A stretch of 64,000 bases of DNA from Octopus bimaculoides (taxonomy: Eukaryota), in assembly GCF_001194135.2 (NCBI RefSeq), contig NC_069001.1:21808223-21872222 (forward strand), written 5' to 3'. Shown here piece after piece: positions 52,538-64,000 of this stretch. Within the stretch, counting starts at the first letter, position 1; each line of letters begins with the position of its first letter. A program made the translations under genes and the position numbers. The notes under the pieces are model-generated. The model saw only the letters and a list, made by a program, of their open reading frames with translations, did no database searches and was not told the DNA's origin.

Positions 52538-53989
52538 TATACATATATGTATGTATATATNNNNNNNNNNNNNNNNNNNNNNNNNNNNNNNNNNNNNNNN
52601 NNNNNNNNNNNNNNNNNNNNNNNNNNNNNNNNNNNNNNNNNNNNNNNNNNNNNNNNNNNNNATATGCATGTTTGTGTAAGCGTGAATGAAAATAGGATAT
52701 TGAATTTGAATAATATTATTTAAGGAAAAAGAGAAACAGCAGAAAAAAATAGTGTGCTGAGTCGGACAAGGGAATGCACATGTCAGAAATGTAGGAAAAT
52801 ATAAAGCGAAGAATGAAATTCTAAGTATCAGTCAATAAATAGTGCTAACCAATTAACTTAACACTTATCGAAAATACTTTTGCTGTGTATGTGATTTGTT
52901 CGAGCACAATTTGAGAAATGCAAACTCGTTGATAAAGATGAAGTTGTTTCTCCTGTTGTATTGTCCGGATTTGAGATATAAAATCTTGGTTTCAGAATAA
53001 TTGCTGACTATTAATTACAGGAAGACTGAAATTACCCATCCCTAATATGTTTCCAGAGTTCCATTACTGAATTCAAATTCCTTGGACACACATAGAACTA
53101 TAAGCGAGATACTTGGAGTAGTCTGCTGAGCCCAATTATGGTAGCCATTAACCTTGTGAATACGCACCGATCATTAAAGACATCGGAAAATAGTTATTTG
53201 CTTCAAAAGAACATAGATGGAACTAGAAACTCTTTTATTTGTTCGGTGTAGACATTCATCAAGTCATGGCAAAGCCTCAAATTTCACCTTAACATTAATA
53301 TGGAAGTTGTTCAGGTGCGAGTCGGTTAGGGTAACGAAGGGAGTTATAGGGTTTTTCGGCAATTAAGCTTCTCCCCACCAGCATCTGTTGGGAGGTGGTC
53401 GAGTGGTTTGAAAGTTTAAGAGAATTGCCTTTATCGTCTAGCTGTTATTTTATGATACTTCAGGACTCTCATTTTACATACTATGGGTGGAAGAAGAGAA
53501 TTGCTCATGGCCTTGGCAGGCCGACATAGATAGGAAAAACGGGAAAACCGTTTTGCAGGTAAACACCGGTATGGAAGCTATAAACAAGGGCGTTCCAGAT
53601 TGAATATTTTCTGATGAGAAACCTGCACAGTATTTATGTGTGATCTGAGGTTTTAAACACCACAAGGAGTATGAAAGGAAGGGGTGAATAAGACGGCAAG
53701 TACTTACCTAGATATGATGGTGTATAGCAGTAGCAACAACAGCAGCAGCATTTCAGATGTGATAGAAATAGAGCAATGTAGGCTTCATGTGTCGTAGAAT
53801 GTCGATATTTGCAGATAAAATGCTTTTTAGTTTTGAAGGGTAGGCAAGGATGCCATGCTAGTTATGTGTAAAAATGAAATCTTTCCCAACAGTTAAAGCC
53901 AATAGATAAAGCGATTTTGAGGGCTCTTGATAAAAACTGCTTATGATTAAATAGGTAGTGGTGCGATGATATCTTTGCGATATCAGTAG

Positions 53990-54790
53990 AGTTTCTGTTT
54001 TCTTGACATATTTCCATTGGTGCATACTTTCAAGATCATAGCTTATGTTTCTGTATGCTTTGTGTATGGTATCTAAATTGTGGCAGCAAATAAATCACTG
54101 ATGTATAGAAGAAAGGAACGGCGACACAAGAGCGAACCCTGAATTTATAAAATGAGAAATAGAGCTTCGTTAGCCAAAGCAACACTACTTTTCGATTGGG
54201 GCTGACACTGGGAATGTTGCCGTACTGGAGTGAATATTGCAATTGAGGTTGATGTGCTAAAGCAAGAATGCTTCTAATGAATTTTTCTCCTGTTCTACCA
54301 TGGCTAAAGGAGTGTAATTTTGGACAAAAAGCTGCTGGTGCTTGGGTTATCTTTGGTTGTTGTTTCTTTGCCGGATATTGTCGCAAGTACTGTTTTTGTT
54401 CTCTCCAAACCCCTTGTCACCTGACTTATGCGAAGTAAACTGATCAACATTTCCGTAGCAATGGTTGGTGTTACTGTAGTGGCTGCTACCACTAGAAGAG
54501 AGAGTGGGTTTGGTAAAGTTGAATTTGTTGTGTTGAAGAGTGTGACAAAGTGTGTTTCGTAATTGTGTGTCTACTTCCTTGGAACGTAAAAAAGGAAGTT
54601 GTAGGGCAAAGTCTGTCTTATTGGGAATTGCAGCAGGTTTGTTTGTTTTGTTATTCAAGTGAATGGGATGCAGAGAAATTTTGTATTTATAAAAAATTGA
54701 GTTCATTGATTCGAGGAGTGATGCATGGAAGTCGATGGATAGTGGGCTGGGCTGACGTCATGAATATTGTGACAGTTGAATGTGTTTAGG
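53990..54790 (-). mobile_element. Old Penelope-like GIY-YIG region (different subfamily)
   Basis: Degenerate pattern LPF...GDKGFGENK..CDNI...HGRTGEKFIRS..AHQ...FYKF, resembling the PLE linker and endonuclease. Heavily decayed. Confidence 0.45.
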
Positions 54791-55227
54791 ATGTGATGTT
54801 AGTACACGATTTATTGGATAAAGATAAAGAAGAAAAAGAAACTGATTACTTATAGGTGATAGCGATAGTAGCAGCAGCCACAGTACATGCATGTAATGAG
54901 GATGATGATGAACATGATGATGACGATATAGTTTTGGCTGCCATGGTGATGGGTATGCAGGTTTAGAATGCCAAGAATCTACTGTACTAGTAATAAAAGG
55001 ATGGACTGGAATGACCCGAGGTCACTAAGGTCAGTGTTGCATATTGGTTGTTCTCAGTTTCTATTTTACCGCTGTTGTTCATCGAAAAGAAAATAGGGAA
55101 ACATTTCCTCACATGTTTTCTAGAGAGACGAGAGGTTTTCAAGAGACCTGGCAGTTTGTTTTCAATTTGAATATTTTTTTCAGAGCATATTACCAAAGCC
55201 AGGCAAAAGTTTTGTTTATAATTCTTT

Positions 55228-55372
55228 GACTTTCATTGTTTGACTGTGGCCATGCTGGGGCATCGCCTTGCAGGGTTTTAGTGAACAGACTCAACGGCAG
55301 TACGTACATTTTTTAAGCTTTGTAGTTATTCTATCGGTTGTCAAGTGGTGGTCTGGGATAAACAAAAGCACC

Positions 55373-55436
<64 letters not shown>

Positions 55437-55440
55437 CATA
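55228..55440 (+). mobile_element. SINE family A
   Basis: tttcattgtttgactgtggccatgctggggcatcgcc...ttattctatcggt, as in 42490. Confidence 0.75.
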
Positions 55441-55971
55441 TTCATACACATCTCTATCTTCTGCTTTCTCTCTCTATGTTTACATATATGTATATANNNN
55501 NNNNNNNNNNNNNNNNNNNNNNTATATATATATATATATATATATATATCAAAAGGATACTATTCCACATATACAAAAACAGACATACCAACAATTCAAC
55601 ATACCTCCATCATCAGCTGCCCCACGGATATCATTATGGTTTCGAGACCTGGGCAGTACCATTCAATCCGGTGGTGTCAACAGCACTAAAAAAATATATA
55701 TAAAGTGAGTTTGGAGGGATATATTATCCGCTTGGATACCGTATTAGGTCTCAGTTAAGTTCCAGTCAACGGCTAACCACAACGATCATTATTTAACGTC
55801 TGCAGCTATAATTTGTTGTTAGTCACTCCGTGAATTCTTTCGTTGGGTAGTTGCCCGTACTCTTCGCTGGACGGTAAATTTTGTCTGGAGTGTATGGTTA
55901 TTATTAATAATAAAGTGTATGAGGAATTGTATATCTACAAAATTTGTTTTATAGTTATATACAGCATATTG

Positions 55972-56063
55972 TAATGACCTATATATGTTTTCGCTGCAGC
56001 GTCAACTCACTGTTGCAAATTCAACTTTGCATTATTGTCGGTGCAGCTTCATCAGGGTCCATC
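55972..56063 (-). ncRNA. Type I hammerhead-like ribozyme motif in PLE 3' region
   Basis: gacc CTGATGA A gctgca...tgcagc GAAA acatata TA ggtc: canonical core, 6-bp stem II with inner hairpin tgcaaa/tttgca, stem I gacc/ggtc, imperfect stem III. Confidence 0.72.
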
Positions 56064-56750
56064 AATTTGATCATCTTTGAAGTGAACCGATTGAAGTAAA
56101 TTCTTGTTAGTTAGTGTTCTGTGGGAGGTGGGAGGGTTGTCCTTTATAGGCATTCGCTACTGACCTCCGATTCACAGCAGTTACTGTCCGAAGTTTGGGC
56201 TCGGTTTAAAAATAGGTCAACGTCTTGATTAGTGTTTTTGTAAGGTTCTTTGTTCAGTTTAATGGCCGCGTGTGTACGATTTTGATTTCGTGTGTAATGC
56301 TTGTATTGAAGAGTCGATGTTTGTTTACATTCATTTTTGCGGTTGGGCTGCTCATGATTTGTGTTATACATTGGGTATTTTGTTTTATTTTTCTATTAAT
56401 CATATTTAGTAAATATTTTTCATGTCTAGGTTAAGTTATTCTAATTGTTATATCAAGCTCAATTGTTGCTGGGGCTTTGGTTATCTATAATTATCCCTAT
56501 ATTTGTCCTACCCCGTTTGTGTAAATATCCTATGGCTTGTTCTTGTCTTGCATTAATTCATGTGTATTTTGATGTAAATATTTGGTAAAGTTCTATGCAT
56601 TGGTCAAACCTATTTCCCTTTGCTCGATTAGGCTTAGCAGTACTAATTAGTTCCCAAACAATAGAAGAGCTATTGTTTTCGTCACTAATTCACCAAACTA
56701 GTTTGCTTAAGTTTGTATGGCTTATTTTTTTCTAGCTAAAATAAAATAAT

Positions 56751-56843
<93 letters not shown>

Positions 56844-57445
56844 GAGAGAGAGAGAGAGAGAGTGAGAGAGAGAGAGAGCTGGCCACTAGATAAGCGTACT
56901 CTCTTCCCTCCTACGTAACTTTGCATCAATAGACCAGGTTTTTAGTTTGACATCTTGAGTGCAACGGGTATATTTTATCTCTAGTACAGTTGTATGTCCT
57001 GTCTGCTTATTTCTATTATTTATTGTATTATTGGCTTCACTAGAAGGCTCTCCTACTGTCTCCTCTCCCGTTTCGATATTATTTCTGAATTTTCTATGAA
57101 TATTAGCTTTGACGTTGCTCCTTCTAGCGGTTCATCCTCTTTATATGCTTGTTAGAGAATTCGTTAGGTTTATTTCCCTTTCACTGTTGGTTCTTCTGTT
57201 ACCGTTCCCAATTCCTCTAGTGCGTGCTACTATGGTTTCAGCATCTAGGTCCCTTCTGCTGTTGCTTATTTCTTCCTAATGTTTAAGATTCGGATTACTA
57301 GGTTCTCCTTGGAAGTTGTATTGTTTACTTTCATTATGTTCTGCAATTATTTATGCTAGGCTGCTGTTATTGGAGAAGGCAAGTCGTACATTGTGTGTAT
57401 TAAATATTTTATGGTAGTTTTAGCAAAATCTGCTAGTTTTAGAAA

Positions 57446-57522
57446 AGTCTATCACTGCATAGTCTATCACTGCATAGTCTACCACTGCATAGTCTATCAA
57501 TGCATAGTCTATCACTGCATAG
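57446..57522. repeat. 15-bp tandem repeat x5 (agtctatcactgcat)
   Basis: Five contiguous units; two carry single substitutions. Confidence 0.95.
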
Positions 57523-59009
57523 AACAGTCTAGGGATGATGGAAATTATGTTTCGCCAATTCAGCAATGTACCACAATGTTATCCTAGAATTATTATTGGT
57601 CTTGTTATTTGTAGGTATTTTCCGGTTTTTATTGTCAGTGTAATTTATGTTTCTGCGGTGTCTACTCTGGTGTGCGGGTACTTACCATTGTATCTCTTAG
57701 TTGCATTCTGGGTGCGCGCGCGCGCGAGTATGTCTATGGTGGTCTTCATCATTTCTAATGTACAGCGTATTAATGCCTCCACTGTTGTTTCGGCTACTTA
57801 CTTCCGTGTGGAGTTCATTCTCGTTCGAATCCTTACCATTCTTTCCCAGACTTGTCATCTATGTTCTCGTTCTTCTTTGCTTTTACTCTTTTCTTTACCG
57901 TCATATGAGGGTTTTCAATGGGTTATTATGGTTATTTTGTGTGTTATAATTAGGGTCTGAATAGGTTATATTACTATATGTATCTTACTTGTTTTAGTTC
58001 CCCTCGTTGAATATTAAATTTTCTTTATACTCTGCCATCTCTAGTGCTAAGTTCTGGTAATCCTCGTTTAACCTAAATATTTTCTCGTTGGCTGATAGAT
58101 TCGATAGGGTTGAAATGTTAGCGACTATGGATTGGGTTACACACTTGGGGTGATTATTCTTTTTGTGAATGTATTCAAGGTTTTCATTGGTTTTATTGTT
58201 TGGTTTATGTATTCCAGTACTTAGGTCTAGTGTAACGTCTAAAAACTTGACTGTGTTGTACTCCTTCCATACTTAGATGGCAAGCCCTATGTTTTTGAAG
58301 AACTTGAATAACGTTTTCCTATATTTTTCTATCTCTACTCTGGAAGGGTTAAATAAGGCGAAAAGTGCGTCATCCATGTATAGCCCTCTACCTAGTTTTG
58401 GAAATTCTTTATGGTGCTGCTAGAACCTTCTTCTTTTCGGTCGTGGAAGTGGGCTCACCATCTCATTCGGTGCCTGAATGGAATATTTCTAGCGATAAGA
58501 TCGTTTATGTACTCCTATACGATAGGTTTCTTTCAGTTTCCGTCTTTCAAATCCACTTTCAGGATTTTGTTCGGCTCAGGGCTATAGTAGAAGATATTTT
58601 TATCATATATTAAATTTTTTAACGTTCAGTTTCTAATTCATACGTTTATTAATTTATCAAATTTTAATATATTTTCATATCTTTTGGAATATATTTAATT
58701 ATCTATTATTTTGGATAATTAATTTTGCAGGAAAACATAATTACAGTGTTTTGGTACAGATCAGAAATTTCCTACTTGTTTACAAATATGCGCACCTTTC
58801 TCACACTCACTCTACGGATGAACACATTTCTGCATGAAAATATGTCAGCCAAAGCACGTTTAATCCAGCTGAAAGTTTTTAAATATTGAAAGACAAGTTG
58901 TATCTCCATCATACACGAGTGTTTTTCTCCCTGTCATTATCTACCATATTTAAATGTATAGGGTGTAAATATTGGTGGCTCTGCAAAGAATGAGATCTAT
59001 GAGGGGGTG

Positions 59010-59146
59010 TAGAATATAGCTGTGTCGTAGAAGGCTTGCTTCCCAACCACATGTTTCCGGGTTCTGTTCTGTCCCACTGTGTGAAACTTTGGGCTAGTGT
59101 TTTCTATAATAGCTTCGGACTTGGTGGACGGAAACTGAAAGAGGCC

Positions 59147-59181
<35 letters not shown>

Positions 59182-59410
59182 TATACGCATATGTGTGTAT
59201 GTGTGTCTTTGTGTCTGTGCTTGTCCCACCACTATCACCACTACCACTCGATAACCAGTGTTGATGTGTTTACGTCCCAGTAACCGAGCGGTTCGGCAAA
59301 AGATAGATCGATAGAATATGTAAACGAAAACTAAGTGCTGAGTTCGATTCATACGACTAAACATTATTCAAGACGATGCCCCAGCATGTGTGAAACAAGC
59401 AAAAGATAAA
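59010..59410 (-). mobile_element. SINE family A, near full length
   Basis: Reverse complement of the 2950-3390 type body and tail (ggacggaaactgaaagagg on +). Confidence 0.85.
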
Positions 59411-60463
59411 GATGTTATGCTTATAAATTTGTATGAAACTAAATACAATGAATTATTTAAATGCGATTCCAACGACAGCTGGCACGTGTTTCTTCTTCCA
59501 CTTCTTTATTTCAACTTCTCCAGATTCAATTGATTAAAATATTTCTGCACCCGTATTTTTCCTGTTTGTCTCGCTATCTGCGACCAACGGTTTCACAGAT
59601 GCAAATAACTAAATAAAAAAGACAAAAAAAAAAAAACAAACAAGAAAAAGAAACAAAAAACTAAAAAGAAATATGGAATATAAAGGAAAAAATATTTCTA
59701 TAAAATGATTAAACTCTAGTCAAGAGTAAATTTGTAATTTCTCAAAAAAGAAATTATTTTAAAATACCAACAAGGATCCCGAAATGAATAAGGAAAATGC
59801 CAGTAAGGTATCAGTAGATGAATTGAACGACACGAGTCAGTAAGTTGTACATCGTACGTTACCCAGTTTGAAGCAAAAGTGGTTCGATCACGTTTACAAC
59901 CCCGAGAAACACCAGCTTGTGAACGTGATAAACCATGTCGTTTGACTGATAATAATTCGGATGTCATCATGTAGAAAATTGCAATGGTGTTTGACGTTTC
60001 TCGGCACAATTCCTCTGTACAATTTCATATCTTTGCTATATTCAGATATGATATTCAGGAAGAAAGTGACGGAAAAGGGAGCAGAAAAGTATGAGTAAAC
60101 GGCTATGATATTTTTATTGTCACATTAGCAGATCCCCAAACATTTTAGAAATTTATTTTGAAAAATATTTTTCAAACACTTTTTATACTTTTGAGCAGGT
60201 TAAAATCATTTAAAGAAGAATGAAAGTCACATATTTTATTTGCCAATGATAATTTTCTAATTCAAATTTCATTATCAAATTTTAATATATGCTCATAAAT
60301 TTTCGAATATTTTTGATTATTTATACCGTTTGTTAATTAATTACGCCAGTAAAATACAATTATTATATTTTGCTAAAAATTAGAGATTTGCTGGTTATTT
60401 ACAACTTTCATCAAGTGCTTCATAATTTTCTTTCTATTGCAGCAACGCAGCTTAGATCGGTTA

Positions 60464-61980
60464 TCTATATATATATAAAAATGAGAATGTGTGTCTGTGT
60501 GTCTGTCTGTCTGTGTGTGTGTGTGTGAATCCCTAAAACTCGAGAACTACGCAACCAATTTCATTCAAATTTTACACATGCCTTACTTAGGGTTCCAGTT
60601 GTGTTTTAGTCAAAAATAATTTTTAACTTCTTGCAGAATTCGAGCACACGGCAACATAATATCTCCTCCACTATTTAAGTATTACGTGTCAAAAGTGAAA
60701 CAAAAACACTCATGTCAAATACTTTCACTTTAAAAATGAAACTATTCTACTAACTGAAACAATCACATTTNNNNNNNNNNNNNNNNNNNNNNNNNNNNNN
60801 NNNNNNNNNNNNNNNNNNNNNNNNNNNNNNNNNNNNNNNNNNNNNNNNNNNNNNNNNNNNNNNNNNNNNNNNNNNNNNNNNNNNNNNNNNNNNNNNNNNN
60901 NNNNNNNNNNNNNNNNNNNNNNNNNNNNNNNNNNNNNNNNNNNNNNNNNNNNNNNNNNNNNNNNNNNNNNNNNNNNNNNNNNNNNNNNNNNNNNNNNNNN
61001 NNNNNNNNNNNNNNNNNNNNNNNNNNNNNNNNNNNNNNNNNNNNNNNNNNNNNNNNNNNNNNNNNNNNNNNNNNNNNNNNNNNNNNNNNNNNNNNNNNNN
61101 NNNNNNNNNNNNNNNNNNNNNNNNNNNNNNNNNNNNNNNNNNNNNNNNNNNNNNNNNNNNNNNNNNNNNNNNNNNNNNNNNNNNNNNNNNNNNNNNNNNN
61201 NNNNNNNNNNNNNNNNNNNNNNNNNNNNNNNNNNNNNNNNNNNNNNNNNNNNNNNNNNNNNNNNNNNNNNNNNNNNNNNNNNNNNNNNNNNNNNNNNNNN
61301 NNNNNNNNNNNNNNNNNNNNNNNNNNNNNNNNNNNNNNNNNNNNNNNNNNNNNNNNNNNNNNNNNNNNNNNNNNNNNNNNNNNNNNNNNNNNNNNNNNNN
61401 NNNNNNNNNNNNNNNNNNNNNNNNNNNNNNNNNNNNNNNNNNNNNNNNNNNNNNNNNNNNNNNNNNNNNNNNNNNNNNNNNNNNNNNNNNNNNNNNNNNN
61501 NNNNNNNNNNNNNNNNNNNNNNNNNNNNNNNNNNNNNNNNNNNNNNNNNNNNNNNNNNNNNNNNNNNNNNNNNNNNNNNNNNNNNNNCCATGTCCATAAA
61601 CAAATCTCAGGGTCAAACACTGTCTGTAGCTGGTCTTCTCTTGGAAGAGCCCTGCTTCTCACATGGACAACTATATGTTGGCTGCTCAAGAGTGGGTAGC
61701 AAAAAAACCTATTTGTATATGCTCCACAAGGGAAAACAAGGAACATTGTTTACAACGAGGTGTTATAATCACAACAGCAAGAAAGTATGTACATGATCAC
61801 CTTCTTTTACGAAACTTCATTGACTTTCATATATTTATATTGATATACATATATATATACGTGTGTTTGGGTGCGTGTGTGTATATACATCTCTATATAT
61901 AAAGATGATGCGTAGTCTAGACGGCGTTTTTTGATTTCATTATTCTCTTTAACCCGGGCAACGCCGGGTATTTCTGCTAG
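60464..61980 (+). mobile_element. Helitron with both termini and the RepHel helicase C-terminus
   Basis: A|TCTATATATATATAAAAATGAG at 60464. 3' hairpin acccgggcaacgccgggt + atttctgCTAG|T at 61980. About 820 nt of the interior is a gap. Confidence 0.9.
61590..61768 (+). pseudogene. Helitron PIF1-like helicase C-terminal fragment, one frameshift
   Basis: MSINKSQGQTLSVAGLLLEEPCFSHGQLYVGCSRV, then after a slip in an A run LFVYAPQGKTRNIVYNEVL*. Confidence 0.92.
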
Positions 61981-62746
61981 TATATGCTAAAATTTTACAT
62001 ATTTTTTAGCATAGCAGAGAAACGATTGCTTAAAGAGAAATTTATACTTTACATCCATTCAAATTTGGTTACATTTTTGCCTCTTTAAATTTGTGTACTT
62101 ACTAATCTTGACGAAATTTATATAGATCAAAGCCTTTAAGTTATGTTTTCCAGTTTGACCGGTTTTTGTCTACTGTATTAATTTTCACAAAATGTTCCCA
62201 GATTAGATTTCTTTCATTGAGATCTTTTAAATAAGCAAATAAGCATAGTTACATTTAAATATCTATTTTACAAACGATAGAGATATATTTAAAGGGAGAA
62301 TTTACGTTTTAGTTTCATTGAAATTTGACCACATTTTGAACGGTAAGATATTTTCTATTGCCGCACTATTGTGGAAATATACAAACTTAGGAATGCATAC
62401 GGCTAAGACGTTGCATCTACTCCTCACTGCCTTATTTTAAACACAGATATTTCATCATAATCATTTTCAAGACCTAAAATTTCTATTCTAATATTTCAAA
62501 TTGTGGTAGAGCATTGGTCTTTTTCAGTGAAGCTAAAAGTTTTAACCTAATATTTACATATTATTTATAGTTGTATGTGCACCTCGAGAACCAACTTCAA
62601 TAAAGAATTACAATTATGATGTTCATTCCCCATTAAACAGTGGTCATACATTACATGCATGTAAAATCATTTTCAGTGATTACATGCAGAGACATATATA
62701 AGGTTAGAATATAACATGATTTAATTAATAACCATGGTTGATTAAA

Positions 62747-62826
62747 CCAATGTGTCAGAAGCTTTCATGTAAACTCTGATTTTCCGATCTGGAAATGATG
62801 GTCACAACATCGTCAGACATGATTGG
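62747..62826 (-). ncRNA. Degenerate type I hammerhead-like motif downstream of a PLE
   Basis: ccaatcatgt CTGACGA tgt...aca t GAAA gctt CTG acacattgg: core CUGANGA, inner hairpin tttcc/ggaaa, stem I tgt/aca + ccaat/attgg. The cleavage base is G. Confidence 0.55.
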
Positions 62827-63289
62827 CTAGAACGTCATAGCCAGAGCACTTATGCCCTAAAAAATGCAAATATTTACGCCAGGTCAGGCTCTAATCCAAT
62901 ATCTAAAACAACCTGCTTTGCTTCAGTAAATCTAGCAAAGAAAACTGAGAAAATTATAATTATGCAAAGTGAAAAAGGGCAATTTCAGTGTTATATTTCT
63001 TGGTTTGACTTAAAATTTCTTGTAGCAAATAAATTATAATGCAATCGACAGCATTTGATGTATTACATATATGCATATACTTTTTAGAAGTATAAGAAAG
63101 TAAGAACAGAAGGGGCATCGAGAGAAATAAATAAGTAGTGAACGAAAAGAGAGATTTTGGGGAAGATAGAAACAGATAGGATAATATGAGCTGAAGAGAA
63201 GGATAAGGAGTATAAATATGGGAGAGAGGATTAAACCTCATAAAAGACCCGTGTTTATTGCTACGCGAAATGCAACGTGTTCCATATGT

Positions 63290-64000
63290 ATGCACACACA
63301 TGAGAGCAGGACAAAAAGAAAGGTCCTTTTACGAGTTCAGGAAGATCTCCAGGCGATGGAAATACTTCAACGTCTTCAGCTTTATTAAAATAGGCCAGCT
63401 TTTTTCAAACAACTCCCGGCTGATACCATACGACAGTCTTTGGTACCAAAAAACAATGTATAGCTACGAAACGTAGTACTGGATTTTCCTGAATCATAAA
63501 TGAAGATTTGTTGTCGTTCAGTCTGGCAATACTCCAGCATAGCGTTGCTCTTGTTCTTTCCTGTATGTGTGACCTGCGTTTCATATACAAAAGCGTTTGT
63601 GTTAATTTGGTTGTTGAGCGGGAAAAGGTTTGCACTTTAGTATGAGTAAACAACAACTGTGTTTGGTTCGTGAATGTAGATATGATTTGTTTCATAATTA
63701 GTGTGGTGTGCAGTTAAAAGAATTCCTCAAGGAATATTCAGGAAGTGACTTTCCATGAATGTGTGTTGTGTATGTGTGGAAAATACATATTCATTGATAC
63801 AAAAAGGAAATAACCACATTGGTTTTAACATTGTGAGAAATCAGATAGGTGAAACAAAACGCTTTACGGCAGCACTTCTTTTTCGCGGAACCAGTGTCCT
63901 TGAAACCGACAGGAGCCAGGGTTTTGATATTGTAGGAGGCTGCTGAAGATCATTGCGGTTGAATATAAGTTTAGGTTTCTGAAGCCAACACTCTCCTCAA
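63290..64000 (-). mobile_element. Penelope-like element (Neptune-type) linker and GIY-YIG fragment, continues beyond the window
   Basis: GFKD...CRK..CF...SHNVKTNVV..FL, NYETNHI/MKQIIS, PLNNQ..TNAFVYETQVT: the same layout as the other Neptune-type copies, more decayed. Confidence 0.7.

Larger units (their letters stand above)
55750..58480 (-). mobile_element. Penelope-like element (Neptune-type): RT core, thumb, linker, GIY-YIG and 3' terminal region
   Basis: GLYMDDAL (58366-58386), VKFLDVTLDLSTG..KP...NNHPK, YNCTRDKIYPLHSRCQTKNLVY*CKV and LSKLVW*...IVWELI..AKP. It is interrupted by (GA)n at 56757-56880 and a 15-mer array. Confidence 0.88.

Noticed and set aside
59760-59840. Host exon ending at gtaagt
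   Set aside because: Weak acceptor, no homology I can recognise, no neighbouring exons.

Overview
AT-rich, microsatellite-dense animal genomic DNA with many assembly gaps (N runs, nearly all abutting simple repeats). The repeat families and overall texture suggest an octopus genome; this is inference from recognised SINE sequences, not a database result. I found no host protein-coding exon, tRNA or rRNA gene that I can support. Every recognisable coding segment is a decayed transposable element. These are: five minus-strand and one plus-strand Penelope-like elements (PLEs, GIY-YIG), restriction-like-endonuclease (REL) LINEs of three kinds (R4/Dong-like, HERO-like, and a family ending in (CATA)n), an RTE LINE, an internally deleted Tx1/L1-like LINE, two Helitrons with intact A|TC...CTAG|T ends, a mariner 3' end and many tRNA-derived SINEs. 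The most interesting signal is a set of hammerhead-ribozyme-like motifs tied to the PLEs. One lies in a compact unit of tRNA-type Pol III head + (AAT)n + hammerhead that shares an apparent 12-bp target-site duplication with a PLE endonuclease fragment. Also notable are a GIY-YIG motif split by a frame-preserving triplet-repeat insert, two long fold-back hairpins (one pre-miRNA-sized), Dong-like LINEs sitting in the (AAT)n tails of another repeat family, and an interstitial (TTAGGG)n array with a 46-bp higher-order duplication. TE boundaries are approximate unless termini are quoted.
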